A DNA stretch of 64,000 nucleotides, from NCBI GenBank assembly GCA_965215015.1, contig OZ244042.1:2176001-2240000 (forward strand). Reading direction: 5' to 3'. Position numbers and translations under genes: made by a program. How positions within the stretch are numbered: the stretch's first letter is position 1; each line of letters opens with the position of its first letter. Below the pieces are notes generated by a model. It ran no database searches. It had not been told where the DNA came from and worked only from the letters and a program-made list of their open reading frames with translations. Below, piece after piece: positions 41,922 through 52,501 of the stretch. Origin of the DNA: Candidatus Poribacteria bacterium. GTDB taxonomy: Bacteria > Poribacteria > WGA-4E > PCPOR2b.

Positions 41922-42569
41922 TTAATATGTTTCAGGTCCAAGAGCCTCTATCCGCTGTGCCCCACACTGAAAAAGCGATCTGTTTGCCGAGGTGTCAAAG
42001 GTGAAAAGAGGTTTGCCCCATTCCGATACCTGCTGTGCGAATTGCAGCGTCTTGCTCCCCGCCGGGGCATGGGCGATACATATCTTGTCCGCGAGTGCCG
42101 CAACAAATGCGTTGCGCCGGCTCGCCAATACTGCGGTCGATCGCCGATGTTTGCTATCAAAAATAGACAAAATTAGCAGACGCCCCTCCGCTAATGCCCC
42201 TTTCCATGCTGGACTCAACCGCATGTTTTCGATGTTCCGAGCGGGGCATAAGATAATCGGTTGTGAGCCGCGCAGCAGGACACGAAGACATTCCTTTTCA
42301 ACCGGGGAATGATACCCCCCGATGGTGGGCACCCCTGATTCCCGAAATTGCTGAGCCAATTCATGCGCGTTCAAGATAATCTGGGCGGGACATCTGCTGG
42401 AACAGAAAAATGCCCAGAGGTTTCCATTTAAGGGGGTGTCTCGATCCGTCAACAGGGCGAAATTCCCCCACGCCCAGATACTTTCTGGGGCTTCTGTTTT
42501 CAAATACCCTTTCAACTGCGCCGGGTAATTGGAATCTATTTGTGTAATACGTTCAATTAGATGCGTCAC
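41922..42569 (-). CDS. DprA/SMF-like (SLOG) protein
   Basis: YPAQL...APESIWAWGN, FCSSRCP, GGYHSPVEKE and RRNAFVAALAD motifs. Confidence 0.8.
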   Translation of the reverse strand: MTHLIERITQIDSNYPAQLKGYLKTEAPESIWAWGNFALLTDRDTPLNGNLWAFFCSSRCPAQIILNAHELAQQFRESGVPTIGGYHSPVEKECLRVLLRGSQPIILCPARNIENMRLSPAWKGALAEGRLLILSIFDSKHRRSTAVLASRRNAFVAALADKICIAHAPAGSKTLQFAQQVSEWGKPLFTFDTSANRSLFQCGAQRIEALGPETY

Positions 42570-42599
42570 TTCCGATTCTCATACGGCTGCTGCGCCGAT

Positions 42600-42950
42600 C
42601 TAAACAACCCCCAGGCGCGAAGTTTACAATGACTTTCCGGCAGTGCGCCGTTTTGGAGCTAAACGAGCGGTTCTTCTTCTGTATGGTCGGAATTTACCCA
42701 AACAATGTCTTGGATTTCACCAACCCGCTGGGTAGCACGGGCGAAAAATCACCGGATAGTTTCATCAAGCGAAATGATAATCTCATCGGTTTCCAGTGCT
42801 GCTCCAAGGAGGTGAAAATCTTTCCGCATCTCTTCAAGTTTGGCGCGAAGCTTCTCATCTACCGGGGGATTGATACGATACACTTTTTTGCGCGCGTCCA
42901 TTGACACACTCCACTGACGCGCAAAGCCAGATCATGTCTTTTCCAATCGG
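42600..42950 (-). pseudogene. Remnant of a PIN-like domain gene
   Basis: FARQWSVSMDARKK...MRKDFHLLGAALETDEIIISLDETIR*FFARATQRVGEIQDIVWVN...LV*LQNGA. Two in-frame stops; N-terminus missing. Confidence 0.6.
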
Positions 42951-42978
42951 TAAAGGATAATATGTCACCTCGTTTTAA

Positions 42979-44268
42979 CTATCGTTGTCTCCAGTGGGCG
43001 CGCACAGGCTGCTTCTGAGCCCTTGAATACAGATCCTTCCACTCATTGGATCCATCGTTTTCCCAAATCTCCAAACGCACCCCTTCCACATAAGCGGGAC
43101 CGTTACCTGCATTAAAGTATCCAAGTCCCTGATCTATCATGTGTATGCAGCATCCGTCTGGATAGACAACTGTCTTGATAGCTTCCGGCTGCGGGTGGAT
43201 CGGTTGTCCATGTTTCTCAAAACCATCCAACCTTTCTTGAGAAACCCGGTATTTTTCGATGGCGGCCTCATCCACCTCAACCCCCAGTCCGGGCCCATCA
43301 GGAACGTGCTGATATCCACCCACTACCTCGATCGGCTTTTTCAGGAGATGATCGCTGTAGATATTGATGCAGCTAATCGTGGGCCAAGTCGCATGGGTCA
43401 GGACCGCGCCCAAGTGAGCAGCCCACGTTGTTGTTAAGCCATTGCCTACCAACTGCAACCAGAAGGGCATCTGCGCTTCTGCACTCAAGGCACCTTGACG
43501 CACAACTTCGGATTTTCCGCCGCCGATGACATATCCATCGCACACTTGCTCACGGATGCTAGTGATGTAAGGTGGATTTCCGAAGTGCATGGCAATCGGT
43601 CGATTGACGGATTGACGGATTTGCTTGTTGCCCAATATATCATCTTGTGGGATGGGCGTTTCAAACATGGCGACGTTATGGTACTGTTCCAGTTCCTTCA
43701 TGACCGGAATAGCAGCGGATGCATTCTGGAGCGAGCCGTTTGGATCGAGATCCAGCTTGAAATGTGGCGGCACCCCCTCGGAAACGGACTCAACCTGGGC
43801 AACGATGTCCCACCACGGACGCGGCTTATTCTTGAGACTGGTGTAGCCGTTTTTTACAGCGTCCTTTGCTTCGGCTGCCCAATCGTCGGGTGAGGCGTCA
43901 ACACACCACCAAGAGATCGGTGTCCAATCCCGCACCTTCGTGCCGATCAGTTGATAGACCGGCATCTCAAGGATCTTACCGACGACGTCAAAGAGTGCCA
44001 TCTGCAAACCGGCACCGAGGGAATCGTCGTTCATCAGTTCGGCTGGACGTTGACCCAAGACCCTGTCCACCGTCTGGTCAGTTACTCTGCCGTAGGTGTA
44101 ACGGATTACAGTCTCGCCCCAACCGACGTGCCCGGTATCCGTCGTGACTTTGCACAATTCCAGAATCGACCAATTGTAAACCGACGAAATACTGTTGCGG
44201 GTAATTTTTTGCTGCCGGGGGGTAAACGGCACATCAACGACAATACGTTCGACATCTGTCACTTTCAT
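42979..44268 (-). CDS. Mandelate racemase/muconate lactonizing enzyme family (enolase superfamily)
   Basis: GWGE, MALFDVVGK, KNK, LDPN, FETP and PGLGVEVDE motifs. Confidence 0.9.
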   Translation of the reverse strand: MKVTDVERIVVDVPFTPRQQKITRNSISSVYNWSILELCKVTTDTGHVGWGETVIRYTYGRVTDQTVDRVLGQRPAELMNDDSLGAGLQMALFDVVGKILEMPVYQLIGTKVRDWTPISWWCVDASPDDWAAEAKDAVKNGYTSLKNKPRPWWDIVAQVESVSEGVPPHFKLDLDPNGSLQNASAAIPVMKELEQYHNVAMFETPIPQDDILGNKQIRQSVNRPIAMHFGNPPYITSIREQVCDGYVIGGGKSEVVRQGALSAEAQMPFWLQLVGNGLTTTWAAHLGAVLTHATWPTISCINIYSDHLLKKPIEVVGGYQHVPDGPGLGVEVDEAAIEKYRVSQERLDGFEKHGQPIHPQPEAIKTVVYPDGCCIHMIDQGLGYFNAGNGPAYVEGVRLEIWENDGSNEWKDLYSRAQKQPVRAHWRQR

Positions 44269-44360
44269 TGGATTATCCTTTCTAATTTCTGTCCAAAAAT
44301 CACCGAATCGCAGGTTAGGAGACCCCAATTTTATCGAGGGCAGGCTCTACGCCACAGTGG

Positions 44361-46121
44361 TCAATCCCTATCCCAAGGGAATACAAACGTTGGTTGATTT
44401 GCATAACGTTTCATTTTGAGAACAATACGGCTACCCGCTCCGGGAGCCAGGCGAACGCTAAAAGAAGGTTTATCTATTGACATGGTTTTGTCATCAATGG
44501 CGGCACTGACGAGCTGGTGCTCAGCGTAAGCTCCTCCCTGAACAATGACCGTCCGCTCCTCGACAGGGTTGATATTGACAAGTGAGAGCGTCGTTTCGTC
44601 ATCGGTCAGCTCTTCGACAAGTGCGGCGACATCTTCCGGTATTCCAGCGCGATGGTTCGCGGAATCGAAATAGCGTACCCGACAGTGTAGAGGCTCGCCG
44701 AACCGCGGTGTGATACCACCAAGCATCAGTTCAATCAAACTGCTGACTACCGCAGGGTTAAACCCTAAAGTATCGTCTGACAGTCGTGTATCCAGTGTCG
44801 TAGTATCTTCATGCATCCCCTGTATTTTCCGGCGCACCGTGCTAAAGTCACGTCGTAGTGCCTCTGTTGGGTAGTCCGGGTTGTTCCCTTCCAAGAATCC
44901 GATCCAGCCGTCTGTGGGCAGCCACTTGAGGACTTCACGGTTCATTGACCAATAGTAGACATCCAAGGCACCTTGATTATATGGCTGTGGTGTGTAGCTA
45001 TACCAGCCGTCATCGCCGTACATGTGGGGGTACATCACCTGACCATTGATTGTCTTCTGGTTTGAATTGATCGTTTCAATCATCTTCCGCCAGACATCCA
45101 CATAGCTTTGATCGCCGGTGGCAAGTAGGGCATTCCCGAACCCGGCAATCCCTCGAACATGTGCGTTGCGGTCTGCCAAGGCACCTGTTTGCGGAACGAC
45201 GACTGTGAACCCCCAACCGTAACAGCCCCCGTACCATTTACCATCGCACTCCCCTCCTATTGTGCCGTCCAGGCCGATATTAGATGGGATAATGCCGCCG
45301 TTGGTAGCTGTTCGCTCTGCCCACGCATCAACGTACTCAAGAAGCCACGCCTTGTATTTCTCTTCACCGGTGAGCATGTAGGCATTGATGGCAAGGGTTG
45401 TCGCAGCAAGATTTAGCGGATGGTCACCGACGATGTCAGTATAATCCTTGAAATGTGCTAACATCTCCTCGAAGTCGCGCTCTCCGTGTTTTGCATCGAA
45501 ACGTCCCTCGACTTCGATAGGGTCTCCTGCCCAATCCAACGCTGTCGCTTTGCGTAGGAGGGGCCCTCGACTGCCATTGAACATACTGCGAATAATCTTA
45601 TGCTCTGAATCGTAGTTCGGAGCCTGCGGATCTTCGTTCATGTAGAGACCGGCATAACGCCTCACCCGATTCTGAAAGACGCGGTTGTAGGGATCCGACA
45701 GTCCCTGCAAGTTAAAAACTGCAAGCCCCTCGCCGTGATGAAACCAGTCAAACATGACGGAAAATTCTTTATAATACATTCCCTCGCGAGCAATGGGAAC
45801 CTCCACCGTTTTCGCTTCTGTATATTGTAGCAGATGCCCTTCCCACGCTTTCTTATACATCTGCAAGATGCTATCTGAGGCACCAAGCGCATGTAAGATG
45901 GGCCAACCCGTGAGATTTTCGATGGCATCGTCGGGACCGTCGTTCCCGCCCCAGCGCGGAATACAGATTAGATAGCCCCGCTCATCAAAATAGCGATCAA
46001 AAAACGCTTCACAAGCAAGGGTCTGGGCGCGGATGAGCTCCCGCTCCAGAAGTGCCCACGCTGGCGGTGGAACGGGGGTATTCACCGAAAGGGTGTTCCT
46101 ATTCACGTTTGGTATCGGCAT
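44361..46121 (-). CDS. Conserved hypothetical protein (586 aa, probable helical-barrel enzyme)
   Basis: Long ORF with AAGGAG RBS. RWGGNDGPDDAIEN and DWFHHGEG motifs. Function not assignable. Confidence 0.75.
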   Translation of the reverse strand: MPIPNVNRNTLSVNTPVPPPAWALLERELIRAQTLACEAFFDRYFDERGYLICIPRWGGNDGPDDAIENLTGWPILHALGASDSILQMYKKAWEGHLLQYTEAKTVEVPIAREGMYYKEFSVMFDWFHHGEGLAVFNLQGLSDPYNRVFQNRVRRYAGLYMNEDPQAPNYDSEHKIIRSMFNGSRGPLLRKATALDWAGDPIEVEGRFDAKHGERDFEEMLAHFKDYTDIVGDHPLNLAATTLAINAYMLTGEEKYKAWLLEYVDAWAERTATNGGIIPSNIGLDGTIGGECDGKWYGGCYGWGFTVVVPQTGALADRNAHVRGIAGFGNALLATGDQSYVDVWRKMIETINSNQKTINGQVMYPHMYGDDGWYSYTPQPYNQGALDVYYWSMNREVLKWLPTDGWIGFLEGNNPDYPTEALRRDFSTVRRKIQGMHEDTTTLDTRLSDDTLGFNPAVVSSLIELMLGGITPRFGEPLHCRVRYFDSANHRAGIPEDVAALVEELTDDETTLSLVNINPVEERTVIVQGGAYAEHQLVSAAIDDKTMSIDKPSFSVRLAPGAGSRIVLKMKRYANQPTFVFPWDRD

Positions 46122-46168
46122 AATTTATCTCCTTAATTATTGTCGTTGAAAAGAAGGGAGAGGACAAC

Positions 46169-46534
46169 TTAGGTATACTGAATCTGGGGAATGATTGAAA
46201 GGTCAAATTCCCTTTTCTGTCCACGCTGAACCATCGCTAGCATTTCTTGACAACACAGAATTTGTTCGACGAGTGATTTGAGTTCAACCCCCAAATGCTG
46301 GTTCCCAAAATCTTTTAGCTTGGCATATGCTTTCGACCATTGGCTTTCCGCACCTACATAATTTCGATTCAAGAGATGAAAGCACCCAACGCTGAGTTGG
46401 AGCAGCCCTTGATAAAAAGGGCGATCTGTGCCCACTTCGATCATCCATACATCCTCCAAAGTTTCGTGGCACTCAAAGTAATCACCATCGTTAAACTCTT
46501 GAATTCCTTTTTTGAGGACTGCTTGTTTGTTCAT
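46169..46534 (-). CDS. DUF309 domain protein
   Basis: FNDGDYFECHETLEDVW...YQGLLQLSVG motif. Confidence 0.9.
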   Translation of the reverse strand: MNKQAVLKKGIQEFNDGDYFECHETLEDVWMIEVGTDRPFYQGLLQLSVGCFHLLNRNYVGAESQWSKAYAKLKDFGNQHLGVELKSLVEQILCCQEMLAMVQRGQKREFDLSIIPQIQYT

Positions 46535-46548
46535 TGGTTCATTAGTAC

Positions 46549-46702
46549 GTAGGTTGGGTTGAACGCAATCAGTAAGAAATATCAAGCATTACCCGTGAAT
46601 TGTAGAATGATTCTGGTTGATCTCTCCCGAATAAAGTGAAACCTACCACAGTTAATAAGTTGGACATCAGTTGGATTGAGCTGGGTTTTACCTCGAACCT
46701 AC
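46549..46702. repeat. Degenerate GTAG-type REP/MITE-like element
   Basis: Starts GTAGGTTGGGTTGAACG and ends ...GAACCTAC (inverted GTAGGTT). A related small hairpin lies at 35285-35314. Confidence 0.55.
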
Positions 46703-46829
46703 AAGATTTTCGGGGGTTGAGCGTAGTAAAATCCCTATTTCGTTGAGGGCAGGCCCTGTGCCACATTGGAGCTATGTTGAGGGTTCATAGGTACGATTAA
46801 CAAACTATTGAACTCATTACCGATAGAAT

Positions 46830-48143
46830 CTACCTGAACTCTTCATCATGGTAAACCTCTTCTAAATGGGTTGATGTAAGGAATGCAAAAAATCCCACCC
46901 CCAAGGCAATCGCAAAAGTATACTCATAGCCGATCCAACGGATGAGTTGCCCCGCAATCACCGGCATAAAACCGAAGGGGAATACCAGCGTATTCATGAA
47001 ACCGATATAGGTAGGACGATTCAGCGGGGGAGCTATATTAATCATATATGTCATAAAACCGACCATCATGCCGCTCATTGATGCACCGCCGAGGACGAAG
47101 GTTAGAAAATAGCACGGCAACTGCCACACCGGTGGAATGTACTGGACACAAATTGCCACCAACGGTGCCGTGCAAGCGAGTAGTGCTGTGCAGATCAGTA
47201 TCCATCTAACACCGTACCGCCCACTCATATAGCCCCATAGAATGTTCGACAGGACCCCACTGACAGCACCAACCGCAAGGAACAGTCCAATGGTTGCATC
47301 TGAAATGCTCAATTTGTCCAAAGCATAAGGTACGTAGAAAGGCATGCACATCCGGCCAACATTGACGAATATTCGGTACACGATGAAATCTCGATAATTC
47401 CGGTCCGTTTGAAGGAAGTGTGGGCCCTGTTTAATATGCTGCCAAAACGTTTTGCGTTCGGTTTGAACGGGACGGATTGGCTCGCGGATTTTAAGAAAAA
47501 CGATGAGCGAAATTATCGCCATAACGGCAACACCAAAGAACAAAAGCGCGTAATTATTCGGGAAGATGAATCCAGAGGCATCACTCAAAATGTAGCGAAC
47601 CAGAAAACCGATGAATATGGTGAAAAAGCCGCCGATGAAATTGCCCAAACTAAAAAATCGTGCGCGCTGTCGCGGTTCAATCGTTTTGGAGATAATGTCC
47701 ATATATGCAACGGAGGACGCTCCCATTGACGAGGTGCCTGCGAAATAGAGGAAGATAAAACCCGCAGCGAGCAAACCGTAATTGCGCGCACCGACCCACA
47801 CCGTGCACACGGTAATTGCGAGCCACACAGCGGTGTGCACACTCATGCCGAGTATATAAAATGGCATCTTGCGGGATTTGTGTTCCAGCAGATTTGAAAT
47901 CAATAGTTGGGGCCACATCCATCCTACAGACATCAGTGAGCCGGTCAAGCCGACGAGGGTGTTGGAGGCAGTCAGCTTATAAACAAAAGCAGAAAGAACA
48001 GTTGTGCTATCCGATAGGGAGAAAGAAATTCGCCCAAATATACCTTGAAATACAGCGATCCAAAAGTTGCGGTCCTGTTCTCGCGTTTTGTTTTTTTCCG
48101 CTTGGGGCTGTGGTTCTGGCATCTCCGTCGAAGCAGTTTTCAT
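46830..48143 (-). CDS. MFS transporter (tandem paralog 2)
   Basis: 12-TM-like hydrophobic pattern; WMWPQLLISNLLEH and RPTYIGFMNT motifs. Confidence 0.9.
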   Translation of the reverse strand: MKTASTEMPEPQPQAEKNKTREQDRNFWIAVFQGIFGRISFSLSDSTTVLSAFVYKLTASNTLVGLTGSLMSVGWMWPQLLISNLLEHKSRKMPFYILGMSVHTAVWLAITVCTVWVGARNYGLLAAGFIFLYFAGTSSMGASSVAYMDIISKTIEPRQRARFFSLGNFIGGFFTIFIGFLVRYILSDASGFIFPNNYALLFFGVAVMAIISLIVFLKIREPIRPVQTERKTFWQHIKQGPHFLQTDRNYRDFIVYRIFVNVGRMCMPFYVPYALDKLSISDATIGLFLAVGAVSGVLSNILWGYMSGRYGVRWILICTALLACTAPLVAICVQYIPPVWQLPCYFLTFVLGGASMSGMMVGFMTYMINIAPPLNRPTYIGFMNTLVFPFGFMPVIAGQLIRWIGYEYTFAIALGVGFFAFLTSTHLEEVYHDEEFR

Positions 48144-48163
48144 AGCTGGTTTCGGCTTCTTTA

Positions 48164-49477
48164 TTAAGCGGTATCCTCCTCATGATACACATCCTTTAGC
48201 CGGGTTGCTATTAAAAATCCAAATATTCCCATCCCCATAGACATCAAAAAGACCCCTTCGTAGCTCAGTAGCCCAACCAGTTTACCTGCTAGCACTGGCA
48301 TGAAACCACAGGGAAATAGTATCGTGTTCATAAAACCGAGATAGGTCGGACGCACTCTAGGTGGTGCGATATTAATCATATACGTCATAAAGCCCACCAT
48401 CATACCGCTCATCGCTGCGCCATTGAGGGCGAAAATCGACAGGTAGATTGGCACCCGCCAAACCGGCGGCGGGTACTGCACAAACATAACGACCATCGGG
48501 GACGCGCAAGCCATTGCTGATGTGAGAATCAGTATCCACCGTTCACCATATTTTTCTGCAGCGTAGATCCATAAAAAGTTTGAAATGACACCGCTGGCTG
48601 CGCTAACGGCAATGAACAGTCCAATAGTTGATTCCGGAATTGCTAATTTGTTCAGTGCATACGGCACGTAGAAAGGACCACACATTCCTGCGGTATGCTC
48701 GAAGATCCGAAAATACAGGAATAATCGATAATTTCGATCTGTCCGCAGAAATTGAGGCCCCTGCTTCAGGTGTTGTCGAAGGGTGCGACGCTTGGACTTG
48801 ACCGAGCTAATAGGTTCGCGAATTTTTAGAAAAATGGTGCACGCAATTCCAACGGAGATAGCACCACAGCCAAATAGGAGTGCGTAGTTATGTGGAAACG
48901 CTAATCCGAAATCATCGCCTAAAACATATAAAACGAAAAAACCGATGAAGAAGCTACAAATCCCGCCCGTGATATTACGCAGACTGAAAAATCGTGCGCG
49001 CCGATGGGGTCCAATTGCCTTAGAAATAATGTCCATGTACGGAAGTGTCGAAACACCCATTGATGAAGAACCGACAAAATAAAAACAGAGAAAACAGGCG
49101 GCAAGCAGCCCATAGTTGTGCGGACCGATTAGAAACGCAGACAGAAAGATTGCGACCCATGCGAAAGTGCGGAGCCCCATACCGAGGGCGTAGAAGGGCA
49201 TCTTACGGGAGCGGTGTTCCAAAAGATTTGAGATGAGTAGCTGGGGCCACATCCAACCGGCCATGCCGATTGAGCCGGTCAAACCAACGAGGGTATTTGA
49301 GGTAGTGAGTCTATAAATGAAAGCGGAGAGAACAGTGGTGGAATCAGCAAAAGCGAAGGAAATGCGTATAAATGTGCCTTGAGCAACAGCTAGCAAAAAG
49401 GTGCGTCTTTGTTCTTTGACTTTTTCTTCTTCACCCTGAGACGCTGTCTCTAGTGTGTCGGTTGAAGCAATTTTCAT
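48164..49477 (-). CDS. MFS transporter (tandem paralog 1)
   Basis: Same length (437 aa) and motifs as its neighbour. Confidence 0.9.
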   Translation of the reverse strand: MKIASTDTLETASQGEEEKVKEQRRTFLLAVAQGTFIRISFAFADSTTVLSAFIYRLTTSNTLVGLTGSIGMAGWMWPQLLISNLLEHRSRKMPFYALGMGLRTFAWVAIFLSAFLIGPHNYGLLAACFLCFYFVGSSSMGVSTLPYMDIISKAIGPHRRARFFSLRNITGGICSFFIGFFVLYVLGDDFGLAFPHNYALLFGCGAISVGIACTIFLKIREPISSVKSKRRTLRQHLKQGPQFLRTDRNYRLFLYFRIFEHTAGMCGPFYVPYALNKLAIPESTIGLFIAVSAASGVISNFLWIYAAEKYGERWILILTSAMACASPMVVMFVQYPPPVWRVPIYLSIFALNGAAMSGMMVGFMTYMINIAPPRVRPTYLGFMNTILFPCGFMPVLAGKLVGLLSYEGVFLMSMGMGIFGFLIATRLKDVYHEEDTA

Positions 49478-49740
49478 AGTGGGCTTGGCTTACCTTAAAC
49501 CTCGAAATATGGAGGATACAGTTTAAATAATTCTTAACGCCACCGTTTGACTAAATTTAGGTCTTGTGGGTTGATTCAAAGTGAACGGAATCTCTTGATT
49601 TTCAGAAACAGATTTGAAACAATCCTGATAAAATAGATGATTGTCATCGATAATCAATCTATGATATTATACACCATGTTAGGTCATTCACGCATTATGT
49701 ATTATGCCACATTTCACAAAATTTGCGAAAGGAAATTACA

Positions 49741-50688
49741 ATGTCCAAACCAAAAGTCTTAATTGCACACCGACCGGGGCCAGAAATTGAAGCTATGCTC
49801 GAAGACGCTCCATCAGAACTCGAAATCTGCTTCTTGCCCGCAGGAGAAAAACTCGGAGATCATATCTCAGATATCGAAGTTCTCTACGGTTCTATCAATG
49901 AGGAAGATTTCTCCAAGGCGAAAGCGTTGCGTTGGATACAACAACCCTTTGTCGGGGTTGAATGGGCAAGGTTTCCTGCCTTTAGGGACAGCAACGTAAG
50001 CTTGGTCAACAGCCGCATATTGTATGGGCCCCAGATTGCCGAGCACGCCTTCGCGCTCCTGCTCTCCCTTACGCGAGGCATTATCACCCAACTCGATTTC
50101 ATGAGACGAAAGCACTGGGAGTGGGCACCAACCATCGAAATTGCAGGCATGACCATGGGAATCCTTGGGCTTGGCGGGATTGGTCGTGCTGTTGCCGTGA
50201 GGGCGAAGGCATTTGACTGCAAAGTAATCGCCGTTGATAAAGAGCCTGTCGAAAAGCCCGATACGGTGGATCAGCTGGGTCAGATGGATTCGCTGTTGGA
50301 TTTTCTATCCCAAACCGACATCCTGATGGTCTGCTGTCCAATCACCCCGGAGACGCATAAACTTCTATCGCACGACCAGTTTAATACGATGCCGGATGGA
50401 AGTTACATTGTCAATGTCAGCCGTGGCAAAGTGGTTGACGAAGAGGCCCTAATCGTTGCACTCGATAGTGGTAAGTTAGCGGGAGCAGGTTTAGATGTTA
50501 CTTACACCGAACCGTATCCGGAAGATGGACCGTTATGGATGAGACCAAATGTGATTTTGGCATCCCACACTGCCGGTGGATCACAGAACATTGGCAAGCG
50601 GGCGATGGGGCTCTTTATTGAGAACTTGCACCACGACGTTAAGGGCGAAGCGTTGGTCAATGTCGTAGACAAACAGAAGGGGTACTAG
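49741..50688 (+). CDS. D-2-hydroxyacid dehydrogenase
   Basis: IAEHA, GLGGIG, NVSRG, LDVT..EP and HTAG motifs. Confidence 0.92.
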   Translation: MSKPKVLIAHRPGPEIEAMLEDAPSELEICFLPAGEKLGDHISDIEVLYGSINEEDFSKAKALRWIQQPFVGVEWARFPAFRDSNVSLVNSRILYGPQIAEHAFALLLSLTRGIITQLDFMRRKHWEWAPTIEIAGMTMGILGLGGIGRAVAVRAKAFDCKVIAVDKEPVEKPDTVDQLGQMDSLLDFLSQTDILMVCCPITPETHKLLSHDQFNTMPDGSYIVNVSRGKVVDEEALIVALDSGKLAGAGLDVTYTEPYPEDGPLWMRPNVILASHTAGGSQNIGKRAMGLFIENLHHDVKGEALVNVVDKQKGY

Positions 50689-50795
50689 ATGGTGTGCCAT
50701 CGCTATTGAGAAAATCTATTCATTTGCCACCGCCACGCCAAACGATAGCAGCGCGTATCGGGAAACTGTTTACGAAGTTTAGAGTGAACGAGGCA

Positions 50796-50858
50796 TAAAA
50801 AAGGGGTATCAAGGCAAATCGTTAGCCAAACGGCTGACAAAGCCCAAGATACCCCAGT
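50796..50858. terminator. Long hairpin between convergent genes
   Basis: GGGGTATC...GATACCCC outer stem, inner GTTAGCC-AAAC-GGCTGAC, and a T-run on the minus strand. Confidence 0.5.
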
Positions 50859-50957
50859 TTCGTTTTATCAGGATTGACGATTACGGTGAACTAACCGCTC
50901 GGATTTTGTTTTTGCTCCTACTGTGTATCGGACGCAGCAACGGCTTGGGCTTTACGC

Positions 50958-51182
50958 TCACGCTCCCACCGTTCCCTCGCCTCTTTGAGACGTTTTCAGG
51001 TTCTCCTCACATGGCGAACACTCTGCCTCCGCTTCCAACTTAACCTGTCCCGATTTATCGGTTGACTCGGAACGGGATTGGGGAGCGGGGACACCGGGAA
51101 AGTTGTCTGTTGCATAGGCAATGAACAACCCCACAATGACCAGAAAACAGAATAACCCCCACGTTATCATAAACACTTTCAT
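50958..51182 (-). CDS. Small secreted/membrane protein with CxxC
   Basis: Signal-like N-terminus and ECSPCEE. Overlaps the upstream stop codon (ATGA). Confidence 0.6.
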   Translation of the reverse strand: MKVFMITWGLFCFLVIVGLFIAYATDNFPGVPAPQSRSESTDKSGQVKLEAEAECSPCEENLKTSQRGEGTVGA

Positions 51183-52402
51183 CTGGAAACCTCCTCTCTG
51201 TTTCTGTTGCGGTGCCGTTCCACTTGCTTAGCAACCTCTGGGTCGTTTTCTTTCAAACGGCGTAGCCCCTCCTCCGGTCCATACCGATCCAAAGTATCCA
51301 TCGCCCGGTCGAAACGTTCTGATGAAAACTGTGATTTCAAGGCGTTTTCAAGGTTGCCTTGAATCTCGCCCGGTGTATTGGAGGGTTGATTCATAGGCAT
51401 ATCGGACGGTTGAGGTGTCAACGACTTTTCGATTGCTGCTTCAATCTCGGCGTCAGGCATTCGCACACGGGCCGAAGAGGCAGACGTGTCAGACACTTCT
51501 ATTTCACGATCAGATGCAGCAGAACTTTCCATGATAGACGACATGTCCCACGAAGAATCAGACGTATCCGTGTCGGTTCCCGGATCCCCTGCTCCCTCCG
51601 CGGCTGCGACAATACTCTCTGCGTTTCGTTGCACGTCAGTCACCCATTTAAGAGCCGGGTTACCGTCTCTTCGGGTAAGGCCGCCCGAGTCGGTATCAAA
51701 ACGACCCGCAAGCCATGCCATTTTTTCGTTCGATTGCCTCGTAAACTGAGCGTATACCTTCAAACGTTGTCTATGTGCTGCGATTGAGTCTGACAGGTCC
51801 ACCGGTTCGGCTGCTAAAAATAATTTCGCCATTTCCAAACGCATCTCTGGCTCATAATCCTCCGGTTCTCCGGTGGGGAAAACTTTACGGAATAATTGGG
51901 TATATATTCCCCGGTCTACCGGAACCCCCTGTGATTCCAAAACGTCCCAAAACTTTCGTCGGGAAATCGGCACACCACTTTCCAACGATTCTTTCACCAT
52001 TTCACGGAACTCCAGTGAATCATAGGCATCCATCCTTTTTTGAATATCGGGTCTTGCTAGTTCTTCTTCGCTCAACGTAGACATGAAATTCTTTTTTACT
52101 GTCTGTACAACCTTTTCAACTAAAATTATATGTTCATGTCGAGGATCTATAACCCCGATCTGCCTGGTCTCGGAACGGACATCGGGATTTGAAGACCTTT
52201 TATGATTTTCATCAGTATTTTTTGTCGTCTGCCAGGTGTTTCTCCTTTCGGCTACCAACTCGTTACTAGCAAGAAAATTCCTAGTCTTATGCTCCCGAGC
52301 GGTCTTAAACTGCAGAAAAAGCCAAAACGACATACAAACCGCTATCCCTAACAAGACCGCACTACACATAAGCACGACTTTTCTGGGCACCTTAGTTTTC
52401 AT
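51179..52402 (-). CDS. Hypothetical membrane-anchored protein
   Basis: AGGAGG RBS before MKTKVPRK; one N-terminal TM helix; C-terminal FDRAMDTLDRYGPEEGLRRLKENDP. Confidence 0.75.
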   Translation of the reverse strand: MKTKVPRKVVLMCSAVLLGIAVCMSFWLFLQFKTAREHKTRNFLASNELVAERRNTWQTTKNTDENHKRSSNPDVRSETRQIGVIDPRHEHIILVEKVVQTVKKNFMSTLSEEELARPDIQKRMDAYDSLEFREMVKESLESGVPISRRKFWDVLESQGVPVDRGIYTQLFRKVFPTGEPEDYEPEMRLEMAKLFLAAEPVDLSDSIAAHRQRLKVYAQFTRQSNEKMAWLAGRFDTDSGGLTRRDGNPALKWVTDVQRNAESIVAAAEGAGDPGTDTDTSDSSWDMSSIMESSAASDREIEVSDTSASSARVRMPDAEIEAAIEKSLTPQPSDMPMNQPSNTPGEIQGNLENALKSQFSSERFDRAMDTLDRYGPEEGLRRLKENDPEVAKQVERHRNRNREEVSR

Positions 52403-52501
52403 TGTGCTCTGCCTCCTATAGGTGATTGCAGCTCGCCCCCTTGTTAGGAAGAGAGCTAGCTGCAATCGAAAAACAAAGACATTCAAGTAGAAAAAGCGGA
52501 A

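Noticed and set aside
50813-50846. c-di-GMP-I riboswitch (GGCAAA...AAAGCC)
   Set aside because: It lacks the GAAA tetraloop and GACGC core, and lies between convergent gene ends.
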